Part shown: one piece after another, positions 19,669-30,051 of the stretch
Numbering within the stretch: the first letter of the stretch is position 1
Layout of the letters: every line of letters begins with the position of its first letter
DNA from: an uncultured Candidatus Bathyarchaeia archaeon
GTDB lineage: Archaea > Thermoproteota > Bathyarchaeia > Bathyarchaeales > DTEX01
Direction of reading: 5' to 3'
Length of the DNA: 64,000 nt
Assembly (NCBI GenBank): GCA_964584965.1
Contig: CAZPBM010000057.1
Coordinates: forward strand, 647 to 64,646
The notes under the pieces: model-generated
What the model was told of the DNA's origin: nothing
The model's input: the letters and a program-made list of their open reading frames with translations, nothing else
Database searches by the model: none
Position numbers and translations under genes: made by a program

Positions 19669-20427
19669 ATGAATATAAAAAAAATGGTTGGGGACAAAAA
19701 AGCCACAGAAAAAAAGACTATCACAAGGGTTGATGTAGTAAAAGGCATCGTCAGACAGTTTGAAGATGACGTTGTAGTTGAAACTTCAATACATCTATAT
19801 GTAAACAATAAATTCTACACCTTTTTCACTTGCTCACCCATCAAAATCAGAGAGATGATAATAGGCAATTTACTGAGTCAAAATGTAATTTGCAAATTGG
19901 ATGAAATTCGTTGTCTGAAAAAACGTGAAGGAAAAGTCATAGTTAAACTAGAGCAGAATTACAAAAGTTTACCATGCGCTAATGTTTGTGAAGAACTAGG
20001 AAAGGACTTTTATCCTCTTTTATTATCTTCTGAAATGATACTTAACTCAGCTGACGAATTAGGCGTGAAGGCATCTGTTTTTAGAAGAAGCGGAGGCACA
20101 CATGCCGCAGGCTTGTTCAGCGTTGAAGGTAACCTCATACTTTTTTCAGAAGACATTGGAAGATACAATGCAGTTGACAAGGTCATAGGAGAAGCAGCAC
20201 TAAAAGGCATCGACCTGCAAAAGACGTTCCTCACTATTTCAGGAAGGGTAACTTCAGGAATCATTACTAAAGCTGCAAACACGAACATTCCAATTGTAGT
20301 TTCAGTTTCAGCACCAACTGACAAAGCCATTGAAGCTGCTGAAAATGCAGGTATAACACTTGTGGGCTTTGCAAGAGACAAAAGGTTTAACGTTTATTCG
20401 CATCCTGAAAGAATCAAGTTAGTATGA
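19669..20427 (+). CDS. fdhD: Formate dehydrogenase accessory sulfurtransferase FdhD
   Basis: GGTHAAGLF, EDIGRYNAVDKVIG, SGR, SAPT, TLVGFAR...FNVYSHPERI. Confidence 0.88.
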   Translation: MNIKKMVGDKKATEKKTITRVDVVKGIVRQFEDDVVVETSIHLYVNNKFYTFFTCSPIKIREMIIGNLLSQNVICKLDEIRCLKKREGKVIVKLEQNYKSLPCANVCEELGKDFYPLLLSSEMILNSADELGVKASVFRRSGGTHAAGLFSVEGNLILFSEDIGRYNAVDKVIGEAALKGIDLQKTFLTISGRVTSGIITKAANTNIPIVVSVSAPTDKAIEAAENAGITLVGFARDKRFNVYSHPERIKLV

Positions 20428-20501
20428 ATGGGTAATCAAGGTTCATTATCTCAACAAGGCTTATATTGTTTCTTTCAGAGACAAGAATTTAGGAGGAAAA
20501 A

Positions 20502-21599
20502 TTGTTGATTGGATACTCAAGCCTAGCTTGTCTTCCACAATTAAGAGAATATTCTAGCCATAGAGTTTCAAGCTACGATAAGACTGGAGGAAACGAAGAC
20601 GCATGGGGAATCAAGTCTGGAGAAAAAAGGGTTCTTGCTGACATTGAAGGTCCAGGATGCATAAAACATGTCTGGATGACCCTTGGGTTGCCAAAAGAAG
20701 ATTATCTTAGACGGATTGTTCTAAGATTTTTCTGGGATGGCTACAAGGAGCCGAGCGTCGAATGCCCAATAGGCGACTTCTTCGGTTTAGGGCATGGAAT
20801 TAGGAAAAATTTTGTTTCTTTGCCTCTTCAAATGAGTCCTCAAGACGGAAAAGGATTCAACTGTTGGTGGCCTATGCCTTTCAAGTCAAAGGCAACCATT
20901 GAGGTGGAAAACCAAGGTGAAGAAATTTACTGGCAATACTTTTACATTGACTATGAACGGTACCAATCGGTCGACACAGTCAAGGGTCTAGCATACTTTC
21001 ATGTTCAATGGCGTCGCGAGAAAAACACTTCCGGGTGGGCTTTTCAAGAGGGCTTAGATAGAAAAGAGATGTCTAGAGACTCGCGTAACTTCAACACAAC
21101 TGGAGCAGAAAACTACATAATTCTCGAAGCTGAAGGAGACGGCATATACTGCGGCGCCCATCTTGACGTTGACTGTTTTCAACGGAACCCCGATGACTGG
21201 TACGGGGAAGGAGACGATATGGTTTTTATCGACGGAGAAAAATGGCCACCATCTCTTCACGGAACAGGAACAGAAGACTGGTTCAACTGTGCATACTGTC
21301 CAACTCAAGAGTACAACGCGCCTTACCATGGCGTAATTCTATACTCCGGCACCAAAGACTGGCCTTGGAAAGGAAAACAGACTGTTTACCGATATTACAT
21401 TGAAGACCCAATTAGATTTCGCAAAAGCATTAGAGCCACAATTGAACATGGACACGCGAACACGTTAAGCAACGACTATGCAAGCACTGCATACTACTAT
21501 CTTTCGAAACCCAAAAGGGGCGGACCACCGTTACCGCCAGTCAACGAAAGACTACCAAGGCCCAACGAGGAAGTTTATCAACCTCAACATAAACAATAA
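20502..21599 (+). CDS. DUF2961 / glycoside hydrolase family 172-like protein
   Basis: SSYDKTGGNED, GPGCIKHVWMT, PIGDFFG, WPMPF, WYGEGDD, GTGTEDWF, IEHGHAN. Confidence 0.88.
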   Translation: MLIGYSSLACLPQLREYSSHRVSSYDKTGGNEDAWGIKSGEKRVLADIEGPGCIKHVWMTLGLPKEDYLRRIVLRFFWDGYKEPSVECPIGDFFGLGHGIRKNFVSLPLQMSPQDGKGFNCWWPMPFKSKATIEVENQGEEIYWQYFYIDYERYQSVDTVKGLAYFHVQWRREKNTSGWAFQEGLDRKEMSRDSRNFNTTGAENYIILEAEGDGIYCGAHLDVDCFQRNPDDWYGEGDDMVFIDGEKWPPSLHGTGTEDWFNCAYCPTQEYNAPYHGVILYSGTKDWPWKGKQTVYRYYIEDPIRFRKSIRATIEHGHANTLSNDYASTAYYYLSKPKRGGPPLPPVNERLPRPNEEVYQPQHKQ

Positions 21600-21825
21600 T
21601 AATCATTTCCTTTTTTGATGAACATATTGCTAAGGCATTAGTAGTTTTCTTCTTGGGAATCAAGATTAGAAGGCAACGTCTGGTTTTTAGAAGACTTTAA
21701 TGAGATTTTGGCGATTATATTTTTCTTGTATAAGTGACGGTTTTTGATTAGTCTACCAAATTTTTAAGATTTTTTAGGTAAATGCTTCTGAGAGTTCTTT
21801 CTAGGGATAGACCAAAAAGTTAAAA

Positions 21826-21840
21826 GAAAGTTTTTATAAT
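21826..21840 (+). promoter_or_regulatory. BRE/TATA promoter of the CBS gene
   Basis: GAAAG-TTTTTATAA about 25 nt before the TTG start. Confidence 0.5.
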
Positions 21841-21862
21841 AAAACTATATTGGGGTTAACAT

Positions 21863-22243
21863 TTGGGTTTGAAAGCTCCAGTTGAAAGTGTCATGAGGAG
21901 CCCTCCTGTTACAGTACTCTTTTCAGATACGGTCTCTTCAATTGCAGACAAGATGTTCACAAACAATATTGGTTCAGTGATTGTGATGAGCGGAGGAGTA
22001 CCTGCAGGCATGGTTACTGAAAGAGACATCGTGAAAAGTGTGATAAGAGAACATAAAGACCCAACGAAAACTCGGGCACAAGAAATTATGTCCACGCCTC
22101 TAATCACAATTGAAGGAAACAAAAGCATTAGAGACGCAATAGAGATGATGCGAGACAAAAACATTCGAAGGCTTGCAGTGACAAAAAACGGAAGACTTGT
22201 CGGCGTAGTCAGTGAAAGAAGATTGCTGGAAGCATTAATCTAA
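21863..22243 (+). CDS. CBS-pair domain protein
   Basis: IGSVIV...GMVTERDI...IMSTPLIT...IRRLAV...LVGVVS. Confidence 0.92.
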   Translation: MGLKAPVESVMRSPPVTVLFSDTVSSIADKMFTNNIGSVIVMSGGVPAGMVTERDIVKSVIREHKDPTKTRAQEIMSTPLITIEGNKSIRDAIEMMRDKNIRRLAVTKNGRLVGVVSERRLLEALI

Positions 22244-22338
22244 AAAGGCTCCATCCACTTATTTTTTTGGCAAACTGCATTATTGAATTTTCAATCGATT
22301 TGTTCTAGATATTTCGTTCATTTTTGTTCATTAGCTGT

Positions 22339-23754
22339 CTATGAAAAATCCTGAAGAACCCTCATAGCCTTAAGTTCTTTTAAGGAAGTGTCAAATTTTT
22401 CCGCAGTTAACCTTAGGTCCGTCTTACTATGTGCTATTGACAGTATGAATCTTGATCCCATGGGGTGGACTCCTTTATTGATCAAAGCCTTTTCGAGCGT
22501 CTTTGTTGCTTTTTGGCTTTTTTCTCTTTTTTTCTGAAATGCAACGTAGCCGTTAATGTCGACAACTTTCAAGTCTTCTTCGTTAAATCCGAAGCCTACA
22601 TAAATGATTGAGGATGTCGTCCCCCAAGCTAAGCCGTCCACGCCGTTATCAAGGATAACATCGTTTAAAGCGGACTTGAGATCCTCGCCTAAACAGTTAA
22701 TCTTAGGATGAGCTTTACCTTCGGCTACCATGCTGAGACATGTTTTGCCAGCCGCAGCGCAAAGTGGATTCGCATTAAATGTGCCAGGGTGGCTAATTCG
22801 TCTGCTGCTCCATCCTTTCTCGGTTTTTATGTCAAGCATTTCCATGATTTCTCTTTTTCCAGTGACGGCTCCTCCTGGAAATCCACCGCCTAGGATTTTG
22901 CCAAGAGTTGAGAGGTCTGGGACTACGCCATAGTGTTCCTGTGCTCCTCCAGGGGCATCTCTGAATCCAGTTACAACTTCGTCGAAGATTAAGACAACAC
23001 CGTTTTGCTTCGTGATTTTCCTAAGCCCTTCGAGGAAAACCTTATAGGTAGGTAAATATCCCATTTGTGCCCCTCCAGGCTCAAGTATCACGGCGGCAAC
23101 ATCACCTTGGCTTAGCGTTTCCTCAACAGAGTCAAGGTCGTTAGGCGGCAAGGCAACCACAGTTTTACAGGTCTCGTTTGGCACTCCTGAGGGGAAGGAG
23201 CCTGTTAGCGGCGGGGAAAAGGCTGGGTTGAAATCTATGATTGAGTAGTCAAGCCATCCGTGGAAGTGCGAAATGAATTTCACAATTTTCGATTTACCCG
23301 TGTAGGCTCTGGCAATTCTGAAAGCCATCATTGTAGCCTCTGTGCCTGAGCTTGTGAATTCAACCAACCCGTTTCTTGCGCAAGGAACGAGGGTTTTCAC
23401 CTTCTCAGCCCATTCAATCTCAAGCTCGTGCGATGCGCCATAATGTGTTCCTTTTCTGATTTGTTCTACGACTGCCTTGGTTACAGTTGGGTGAGCGTGT
23501 CCAAGGATTAGGGCTCCATGCCCCATCCAAAAATCCACATATTCGTTTCCGTCGACATCCCATTTGTGCGATCCCTTGGCTTTTACGCAGTATATTGGTG
23601 TGGGTTCAAAATAACGTGAGTCGTGAGTTACGCCTCTAGCGAAGTGCTTCGCAGCTTTTTCGTAAAGCATTCTTGATGAAGGGTGCTTTCTTAGATATTC
23701 TGAGTCAATATTATCTGAGGTTTCCTGCGGCTCCATGCTTTTTCCTCTTGACAT
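22339..23754 (-). CDS. Class III PLP aminotransferase (GSA aminomutase-like)
   Basis: WDVDGNEYVD, SGTEA, LIFDEVVTGFR, LGKILGGG (PLP Lys), GTFNANP. Confidence 0.88.
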   Translation of the reverse strand: MSRGKSMEPQETSDNIDSEYLRKHPSSRMLYEKAAKHFARGVTHDSRYFEPTPIYCVKAKGSHKWDVDGNEYVDFWMGHGALILGHAHPTVTKAVVEQIRKGTHYGASHELEIEWAEKVKTLVPCARNGLVEFTSSGTEATMMAFRIARAYTGKSKIVKFISHFHGWLDYSIIDFNPAFSPPLTGSFPSGVPNETCKTVVALPPNDLDSVEETLSQGDVAAVILEPGGAQMGYLPTYKVFLEGLRKITKQNGVVLIFDEVVTGFRDAPGGAQEHYGVVPDLSTLGKILGGGFPGGAVTGKREIMEMLDIKTEKGWSSRRISHPGTFNANPLCAAAGKTCLSMVAEGKAHPKINCLGEDLKSALNDVILDNGVDGLAWGTTSSIIYVGFGFNEEDLKVVDINGYVAFQKKREKSQKATKTLEKALINKGVHPMGSRFILSIAHSKTDLRLTAEKFDTSLKELKAMRVLQDFS

Positions 23755-23917
23755 TTAACTTTGAAACAAACATTTTAATAAAACTAACTCAACGGTTCAA
23801 GCTGCACTCTCGTTAGATTTTTGTGTGTTGCTTAGTTTGTTTTAGGACTAACCACATATATCGTTAATGTCTTAATAGAAATTGCGAGGATAAAACAATA
23901 GGAAGGCGGGCTGAACA

Positions 23918-24844
23918 TTGCCTGTTAACATTACTTTCCTTGGGCATGTTTCGGTAGACACTGTTCAAAACGTTAATGGCACAAGCGTTCAGCCTGGAGG
24001 AGCGGCTTTGCACGCCGCAGTTGCAGCGAAAACTCTCACAGAAGATGTTGCATTAGCCTCCGTTATTGGTAGAGACTATAAGTTCGCAGACATCTTGAAA
24101 TCGTTTGTTCATTTGTATGTCAAAATCTCTGCCTTACCTTCAACAAAATTCGTTATTCGTTACGATGACCGCTGGGAAGCCCATTTTCTGCAAGAAGAGT
24201 ACGGTGCAGGTAAAAAAGTATCTTTCGACATATTGCCAAAGGGTTTGCTGAAGCAAAAATGCATAATTCATATTTCCCCTTTACCGCCGATCAGGGTTCA
24301 GAAAATCGTTTCAAAAATTAGAAGTTTTTCGCCTGAGACAAAAATCTCGGTTAATTCTTGGATTGGCTACATGAAATCTCGGAGAGACCGTAGAATTTTA
24401 AGAGAAATTTCCCAAGAGACAGATTATTTCATAATTAACGACTCTGAAGCGAAAGCCTTGACCGAGTCTGACTCACTTTCCATCGCCCTAAGACTTTTAA
24501 AGGCAAAAATGCTGGTCGTTACGCTTGGCGAGTTTGGGGCAATTGTGAACACTGATAAAGGCGACGTTCAGATGGTTCCAGCTTTGAGGTTTTCAGTAGA
24601 GAAGTTGGTGGACACGACTGGAGCAGGAGACGCTTGGTGCGGCGCCTTCTTGGCTGCTTACCAACTTACAAGTGACATCGTAAAAGCTGTCACAGCTGCG
24701 TCTGTGATTTCCAGTATAAAATGCACTGGATGGGGTTTCAGCAGGCTTTTTGGACTAAAATTCAAGAATGTCGACAGCATAATTGACTATGTTATTGGAT
24801 TAAGAGAGGGAAAAATGCAGATGAGGCTTTCGGAATATTCATAG
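23918..24844 (+). CDS. PfkB-family carbohydrate/nucleoside kinase
   Basis: PGGAA, NDSEA, VTLGEFGA, DTTGAGDAWCG. Confidence 0.9.
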   Translation: MPVNITFLGHVSVDTVQNVNGTSVQPGGAALHAAVAAKTLTEDVALASVIGRDYKFADILKSFVHLYVKISALPSTKFVIRYDDRWEAHFLQEEYGAGKKVSFDILPKGLLKQKCIIHISPLPPIRVQKIVSKIRSFSPETKISVNSWIGYMKSRRDRRILREISQETDYFIINDSEAKALTESDSLSIALRLLKAKMLVVTLGEFGAIVNTDKGDVQMVPALRFSVEKLVDTTGAGDAWCGAFLAAYQLTSDIVKAVTAASVISSIKCTGWGFSRLFGLKFKNVDSIIDYVIGLREGKMQMRLSEYS

Positions 24845-24853
24845 AAATGTTGC

Positions 24854-26077
24854 CTATAACGTCTTAGTTGCTGTGATGTCGACCATGCGTCTAATCTCGT
24901 TCTCCAAATTTTTGGGAAGCCCGAAAATACTTATGTCCATGAAGCCTCGAACTATAAGAGCTGTTGCCTCGTCTTCTGTGAATCCGCGTGCCATGAGGTA
25001 TTGAACTTGTTCCTCAGCAATTTTTCCAACTGCCGCTTCATGTGAAAGTTCTGACCCCTGAGCTTTTGCTAACAACTCTGGAACCGCATATATTGATGCT
25101 TTGCTGGAAAGTAAGAGTCCTCGGCACTCCAGATGAGCTTTGCTGAGGTCGTGTTCTCCCTGTAGGAAGCCTCGAGCGTAGATTTGTGCGTTGTCGGTGG
25201 CTATTGTACGTGCAATGATCTCCCCCCTAGTTCCCTCGTTTTGTAGAACCACTTTTGCACCTGTGTCAATGTACGAGTCCTTTGTGCCATACAGAATACT
25301 GTTAAAGCTAACTCTGGAATTTACGCCCCTGCAGTACGCAGCTGGATACATTTGTAAGCTTTTTACAGGTTTGAAACACAAGAAGTTGCTGACAAAGACT
25401 CCGTTGTCCTCAATTACGGCAGCTGACCTTGGTCGAACATGGAATCCAGGCACCCAGTTATGAATCATCGTGAATGTGAGCTTAGCGTCTTTTTTGACGA
25501 AGAACTCGGAAACTCCGATGTGCAATCCACTATTAACAGTTGGGTGTGTTGTGCAGCCTGTGATAAGCTGTGCTTCTGAGCCTGGTTCCGCAATTATGAC
25601 GTTGTGGACGTTTTGGCTAATGTTGTCAGTGGAAACAAACAGGCAAGCTTGAAGCGGAAGTGTAACCTTTTGATTTTCAAAAATCCTGATGAAATAGCCT
25701 TGGTTTTGTTTCAATTCAGCAAGTGAAGTGTACTTGTCAGCGTCGACCTTTACAGCTGTCCACCAATAGTCTTTCATCCAATCGTATTTTTCTGTGGCTT
25801 CAGACGTGCTCATTATTTCGACTTTGCCTTCGAACATTTTCTGAACAGCCTTCGACGTGACGGAGTGGTCGAGCTGAAAGAAAGAGCCGGAACGTGACTG
25901 GTCATCTGCAACAATCCCTACCTCATAAGCGCGTTTCAACACGTCTTCAGGGAGCAGCGTAATCGGACAAGAATTCCAGACTTTTGGGTTACTCGAAAAT
26001 TTACTTACATCAATGTCTGGACCTAATGCCGCGGGTTTATCTCTTGCCTTTGCTGCATCTTCATAGCTTTTGGGCAT
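24854..26077 (-). CDS. sufB: SufB/SufD-like Fe-S scaffold (SmsB)
   Basis: GYFIR, PLQAC, HIGVSEF, MIHNW, AHLECRGLLL, AVPEL, LSHEAAVGKIA...YLMARG; paired with sufC. Confidence 0.92.
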   Translation of the reverse strand: MPKSYEDAAKARDKPAALGPDIDVSKFSSNPKVWNSCPITLLPEDVLKRAYEVGIVADDQSRSGSFFQLDHSVTSKAVQKMFEGKVEIMSTSEATEKYDWMKDYWWTAVKVDADKYTSLAELKQNQGYFIRIFENQKVTLPLQACLFVSTDNISQNVHNVIIAEPGSEAQLITGCTTHPTVNSGLHIGVSEFFVKKDAKLTFTMIHNWVPGFHVRPRSAAVIEDNGVFVSNFLCFKPVKSLQMYPAAYCRGVNSRVSFNSILYGTKDSYIDTGAKVVLQNEGTRGEIIARTIATDNAQIYARGFLQGEHDLSKAHLECRGLLLSSKASIYAVPELLAKAQGSELSHEAAVGKIAEEQVQYLMARGFTEDEATALIVRGFMDISIFGLPKNLENEIRRMVDITATKTL

Positions 26078-26793
26078 TTCATACACCAACTGTATCCTTC
26101 ATTTAGAATTTGGGTGAGAATGTTTAATGGTTCTCCTGAACAAACGATTGAGTTGTTTACTAGAACATGAGCTTTGTCAGCGTTTACGTATCGAAGTATG
26201 TGACCTTGATGAGTAATCAAGAGAGCGGACTTCTCCGACAGCATACTGTTAATTATGTTACCGATGATTTGTAGATTTTCGACGTCAACACCTGAATCTG
26301 GCTCATCAAGCATAACAAAATCGCTGTCTTGGGCGAGAATTTGAATAATTTCGGATTTTTTAACTTCGCCTCCGGAGAACCCCAAGTTTATGTCTCTTTC
26401 TAAGAATTCTTGTGGAAACTTTACTTTCTCCATCAACGTGTCTATTTTCTTCTTATCTGCCGCCAAGTGTTCAAGGATGCCCCCTAGCTTTACCCCACGT
26501 ATAACAGGAGGGTTCTGAAAAGCTACGCTCATTCCAAGTTTAACTCTCTCGTTAATGGGCATGTGGGTTACGTCTTTACCTTTGAAAAGAATTGAGCCTT
26601 CTACAACCTTGTAACTGGGTATTCCCAGAATCGTCATTAATAATGAACTTTTTCCCGAGCCGTTTGGACCGAAGAGAACGTGCACTTCGCCTTCTGGAAT
26701 TTCGAGGTCAACTTTGTTCAGTATTTTCTTACCTGAAACCTTAACAGTGAGATTTCTCATTTCAAGTATGTTACTAGTCAAAACATTCGTCAC
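26023..26793 (-). CDS. sufC: SufC-like ABC ATPase (SmsC)
   Basis: GPNGSGKS, GFSGGE, LDEPDSGVD, ITHQG, C-terminal CxxC (WCMKC). Confidence 0.92.
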   Translation of the reverse strand: MTNVLTSNILEMRNLTVKVSGKKILNKVDLEIPEGEVHVLFGPNGSGKSSLLMTILGIPSYKVVEGSILFKGKDVTHMPINERVKLGMSVAFQNPPVIRGVKLGGILEHLAADKKKIDTLMEKVKFPQEFLERDINLGFSGGEVKKSEIIQILAQDSDFVMLDEPDSGVDVENLQIIGNIINSMLSEKSALLITHQGHILRYVNADKAHVLVNNSIVCSGEPLNILTQILNEGYSWCMKCPKAMKMQQRQEINPRH

Positions 26794-26873
26794 CCAATTC
26801 GCAATTTTAGATGCTATATTCAGTCTTTAATATTAACATTGCTAACTTTTCTTTTCATTAAATAAGACTGGCT

Positions 26874-27944
26874 TTACTTCTTTGACTTAAAACCTAAAGA
26901 TTTAAGTAGTTTCCTTCCACGCGCTTCTGTGGTGCAATATGTCCTAACGAGTAATCCTTTGGTGCCCAAAATTCTAAATAATGAAGGAATTTCGTTGTCC
27001 GGCGCATCAAGTAAGACAAGGCGTTTACCCTTTTTCTGTATCTTTTCGTACATTTTAAGCCACATTGTTGAAGTGACTGGCGGGTTGCCTGCTCCAGGAG
27101 TCCACTGTATTCCATCAAGCTCAGGTATGCTGAGAAGGGCATCGAGGTGCGGGATTTCTCCTGGGCCGTCCAGATGATAGATTGTATGGTCTAACCGCAC
27201 ACACTGTTCCTTAATGTAATGGAAAGCGAGTTCCATGAAAATTCTTGGCGATAGCATAGCAGCAAAGTCGCATTGTATTGGGTACCATCTTTCGCGGCAC
27301 CACAAACCCATCCAAGCTGAGTTTCCACGTGTGGAACCCTCTGAAATGCGGTAAAGCTCATCATAGCATTTGTGCCACAACTCAAGAATTATGTTTGATA
27401 AAGCCTTCACTTTTTCAGGGTTTTTGAACATGTCAACGATTAGGTTTTGTGAGCCACGTAAGGATGCAAGAACGTCGGTTACGCCACCTAAGTCTGTGAT
27501 TCCAGTCATGAATTTTCCTCGGCTTCTCTCACTTACGTACGAAGTGATGTCTTTCGTTATCTTCCACCATTTACCACATGGAGTAGCCGTCAATTTCTCA
27601 AGGTCTGACCAAGGCTTAGGAGTTTCAAACCAGACAGTCTCAGAATCGTCACGGAACCTTGCCTCTGCACCAAGAAACGTGGCGACGATTCCAGCTCCAA
27701 GATTAATCCACAAATCAGGATAGGCATCGCCTCCAAACCACATTCTTGAACAGTAATCCTCAAACTCGGCAACAGTCTTCTCTGGATTCAATGGGTCCTT
27801 GGCGAATCCCCAGCCCCACCACGGTTGCAAATTCTCATAACCCTTTTTTGGTGCTACGATTTGGATTATGGGCCCACTGCCTTCGTTATTCCACCAAGCT
27901 GTGAAACGTTCACAGGTTTTTCGCCAATCTTCTTTGTAAAGCAT
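26874..27944 (-). CDS. UroD/MtaA-superfamily TIM-barrel protein (trimethylamine corrinoid protein 2-like subfamily)
   Basis: DVLASLRG, QCDFAAMLSP, YHLDGPG, LDGIQWTPGAG. Confidence 0.75.
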   Translation of the reverse strand: MLYKEDWRKTCERFTAWWNNEGSGPIIQIVAPKKGYENLQPWWGWGFAKDPLNPEKTVAEFEDYCSRMWFGGDAYPDLWINLGAGIVATFLGAEARFRDDSETVWFETPKPWSDLEKLTATPCGKWWKITKDITSYVSERSRGKFMTGITDLGGVTDVLASLRGSQNLIVDMFKNPEKVKALSNIILELWHKCYDELYRISEGSTRGNSAWMGLWCRERWYPIQCDFAAMLSPRIFMELAFHYIKEQCVRLDHTIYHLDGPGEIPHLDALLSIPELDGIQWTPGAGNPPVTSTMWLKMYEKIQKKGKRLVLLDAPDNEIPSLFRILGTKGLLVRTYCTTEARGRKLLKSLGFKSKK

Positions 27945-28095
27945 ATATTAGCCTCAAGGTTCTCGATTATTAATTTTTTGGCGAATCATCTTTTATTCTT
28001 GGCAAAGATTTTGATTATTCTATCTCCAAGCGTATGTCAATCTAACTTCGTTGGAAAGAAGCATGTTCCAAAGCTTAGGCTTGATTTCTGGCATG

Positions 28096-29133
28096 TTAAT
28101 CTTGGGCTAGGAAATTTGCCACTTGACTTAAGGTGCCTTCAGATGCAATACTGTAACTGCCGTCGATGACAGAAACACTGTATAACGCGATATACGTTAT
28201 GTGAGCAGGCCACCAATTGTTTGAAGATTGAAGCTCAGACTGGCAGGCTTCGAGTCAATCGTGTACCATGAGGACGTTAGGTAATTACCCGCTGGGTCAA
28301 TGATGCATACGTCTCCTCCTTGAACGGGAAGAATGACTGCTAAATGTGCTGTGTCATAGGAGAATTCTATATGCGCTAGATAGAGGCTGTATTCTGTGCC
28401 ATAAACGTATTTCTTGTAGTATTTTATCATAGCGTATGTTATTACTGCTTGGTCGTCACAGTTGCCTTGTTTAATTTCAAGCGTAAGACTTGGCGTCTAA
28501 ACGTAGTTTCTATACTCAGTTATAGTAAACTCTGTAATGTAGTCAAAGCCGTCAAATTTTATGTACCAATAAGTAGACGGATAAAGCATATCGCCGTCGT
28601 GAATGTAGTCTATGTTTGAAACAACATAGTCGTATATTTTCTCTTCGGAAAACCACAAATCGTAGAGCGACCGGTGACAGACAGAACGGTGGAAGATGTT
28701 TTCCGAACCTCAGCATCATACAAAGTGCGGGTAAACGCATCAGGAATGCAGGAGTAAGAGTATAGTAGATTATAGAGTTCTGTGACATTTTCACTTAGTC
28801 CCACATAATACGAAGAGATGTCTAGATAATTTTGGCTTAATTCATTATATTCGTCGTCTGTGTGGCTATGAGTTACCCTATAATCATTATACGCCGCGTC
28901 GAGAAGGGTAAATTGTGACTGAAGATCAACTTTTTCACCTATTAATGTATCCACTCGATTTTACAAAGCTGTTTTCTCGTCAGTGAGTTCAACAACATTA
29001 TTTTCCAATTCAACATTCTCAAGCGTTAAGGTCGTAATTTGACTTAAGAAAATAAAAGACACCAATATTCGAAGCAGCAAGCAAAACAATTAAAGCCAAA
29101 GTGACAACTGATGTGCGTCCACTCTTTTTTCAT
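28096..29133 (-). pseudogene. Membrane-anchored coiled-coil plus transglutaminase-like cysteine protease, pseudogene
   Basis: Reconstructed across frames: TM (VVTLALIVLLAASNIG), coiled coil, KIYDYVVSNIDY, YV*TPSLTLEIKQGNCDDQA, AHLAV, IIDP. Stops at 28961 and 28497 plus several frameshifts. Confidence 0.8.
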
Positions 29134-29219
29134 TATTCGGAAATCCAATACAAATTCACAACACATATTAACATAGAAAATTTATAACATTTATTCAAAA
29201 AATTTGTAAAAACCCTGAA

Positions 29220-29334
29220 TCCATAAAGCCTATGTGAAGAAAAAGTTTCAACGTACATAGAACAAGAATAGGCAACATGGCCAGAAAAGCTGACCCGACT
29301 ATATATACCCCCCTCCCCCCTCAACAACATGCAC
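29220..29334 (-). repeat. Dispersed non-coding repeat, copy A
   Basis: Hand alignment to the reverse complement of 59641-59752: 12 substitutions and one 3-nt indel. Confidence 0.93.
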
Positions 29335-29525
29335 GGAACAAGAAAAATAAACGTTAATACACTAAAAAATACGCACGTCAGTTTACACGGTTTGGAAAAA
29401 GCGTAAACAGCGCAAATGAAACAAGCGATATTGCTTAAATTATAACCTTAGGTAGCACAAAAAGACAAAGCTCTCAAAATCAAAATAAAGTCACATAAAA
29501 TGAATAATAGATAATAAAAAATGAG

Positions 29526-30023
29526 GTGATGAATATTACTAAAAGCCATTCTTATGTTGAGTTCCCTGGAAACGTTCACTTCGAATGCATCCTATGCGCC
29601 CTATGTTGCGGAGATACAGAAACTAATGTTCGAAAAATTCTTTTACTGAAGAATGAGGCTGAGAAAATTTCGAAAAAAACCAATGAAGACATCGAAAAAT
29701 TCGCGGAGAAAACTGGTGATAAAACATCATATGCCTATGCGATGAGAAAAACAAGTGACGGCAAATGCGTGTTTTTAAAAGAAAAATTATGTACCATTTA
29801 TGGCATAAGACCTATAATCTGCAGGTTCTACCCGTTCAAGCTTGACAACCTTGGAAATCAACATTATGCATTTTCTTACACAAAAGAGTGCCCAGGTATA
29901 GGAAAAGGACCCTATCTTAACAGAGAATTTTTCGAAACATTGTTCACCGAATTTATCACTTCAACAAAAGAAACAGACCATAAAAAATACGTAATTCCAA
30001 CACCCATCTTTGTCAAGATATGA
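29526..30023 (+). CDS. YkgJ-family (CxxCxxCC) cysteine-cluster protein
   Basis: FECILCALCC, CVFL...CTIY..RP.ICRFYPF, CPGIG. Confidence 0.9.
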   Translation: MMNITKSHSYVEFPGNVHFECILCALCCGDTETNVRKILLLKNEAEKISKKTNEDIEKFAEKTGDKTSYAYAMRKTSDGKCVFLKEKLCTIYGIRPIICRFYPFKLDNLGNQHYAFSYTKECPGIGKGPYLNREFFETLFTEFITSTKETDHKKYVIPTPIFVKI

Positions 30024-30051
30024 CTACGTCTTCCAAAAGAGCCTTAATTAA

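Noticed and set aside
22339-23754. Calling the aminotransferase hemL
   Set aside because: No tetrapyrrole genes are nearby and the N-terminal substrate motif differs (GVTHDSR), so it is left as class III.
29133-29330. 65-aa ORF and its 91-aa look-alike at 59540-59815
   Set aside because: The similarity is confined to the DNA repeat. Starts and ends differ and many changes are non-synonymous, so the element is treated as non-coding.
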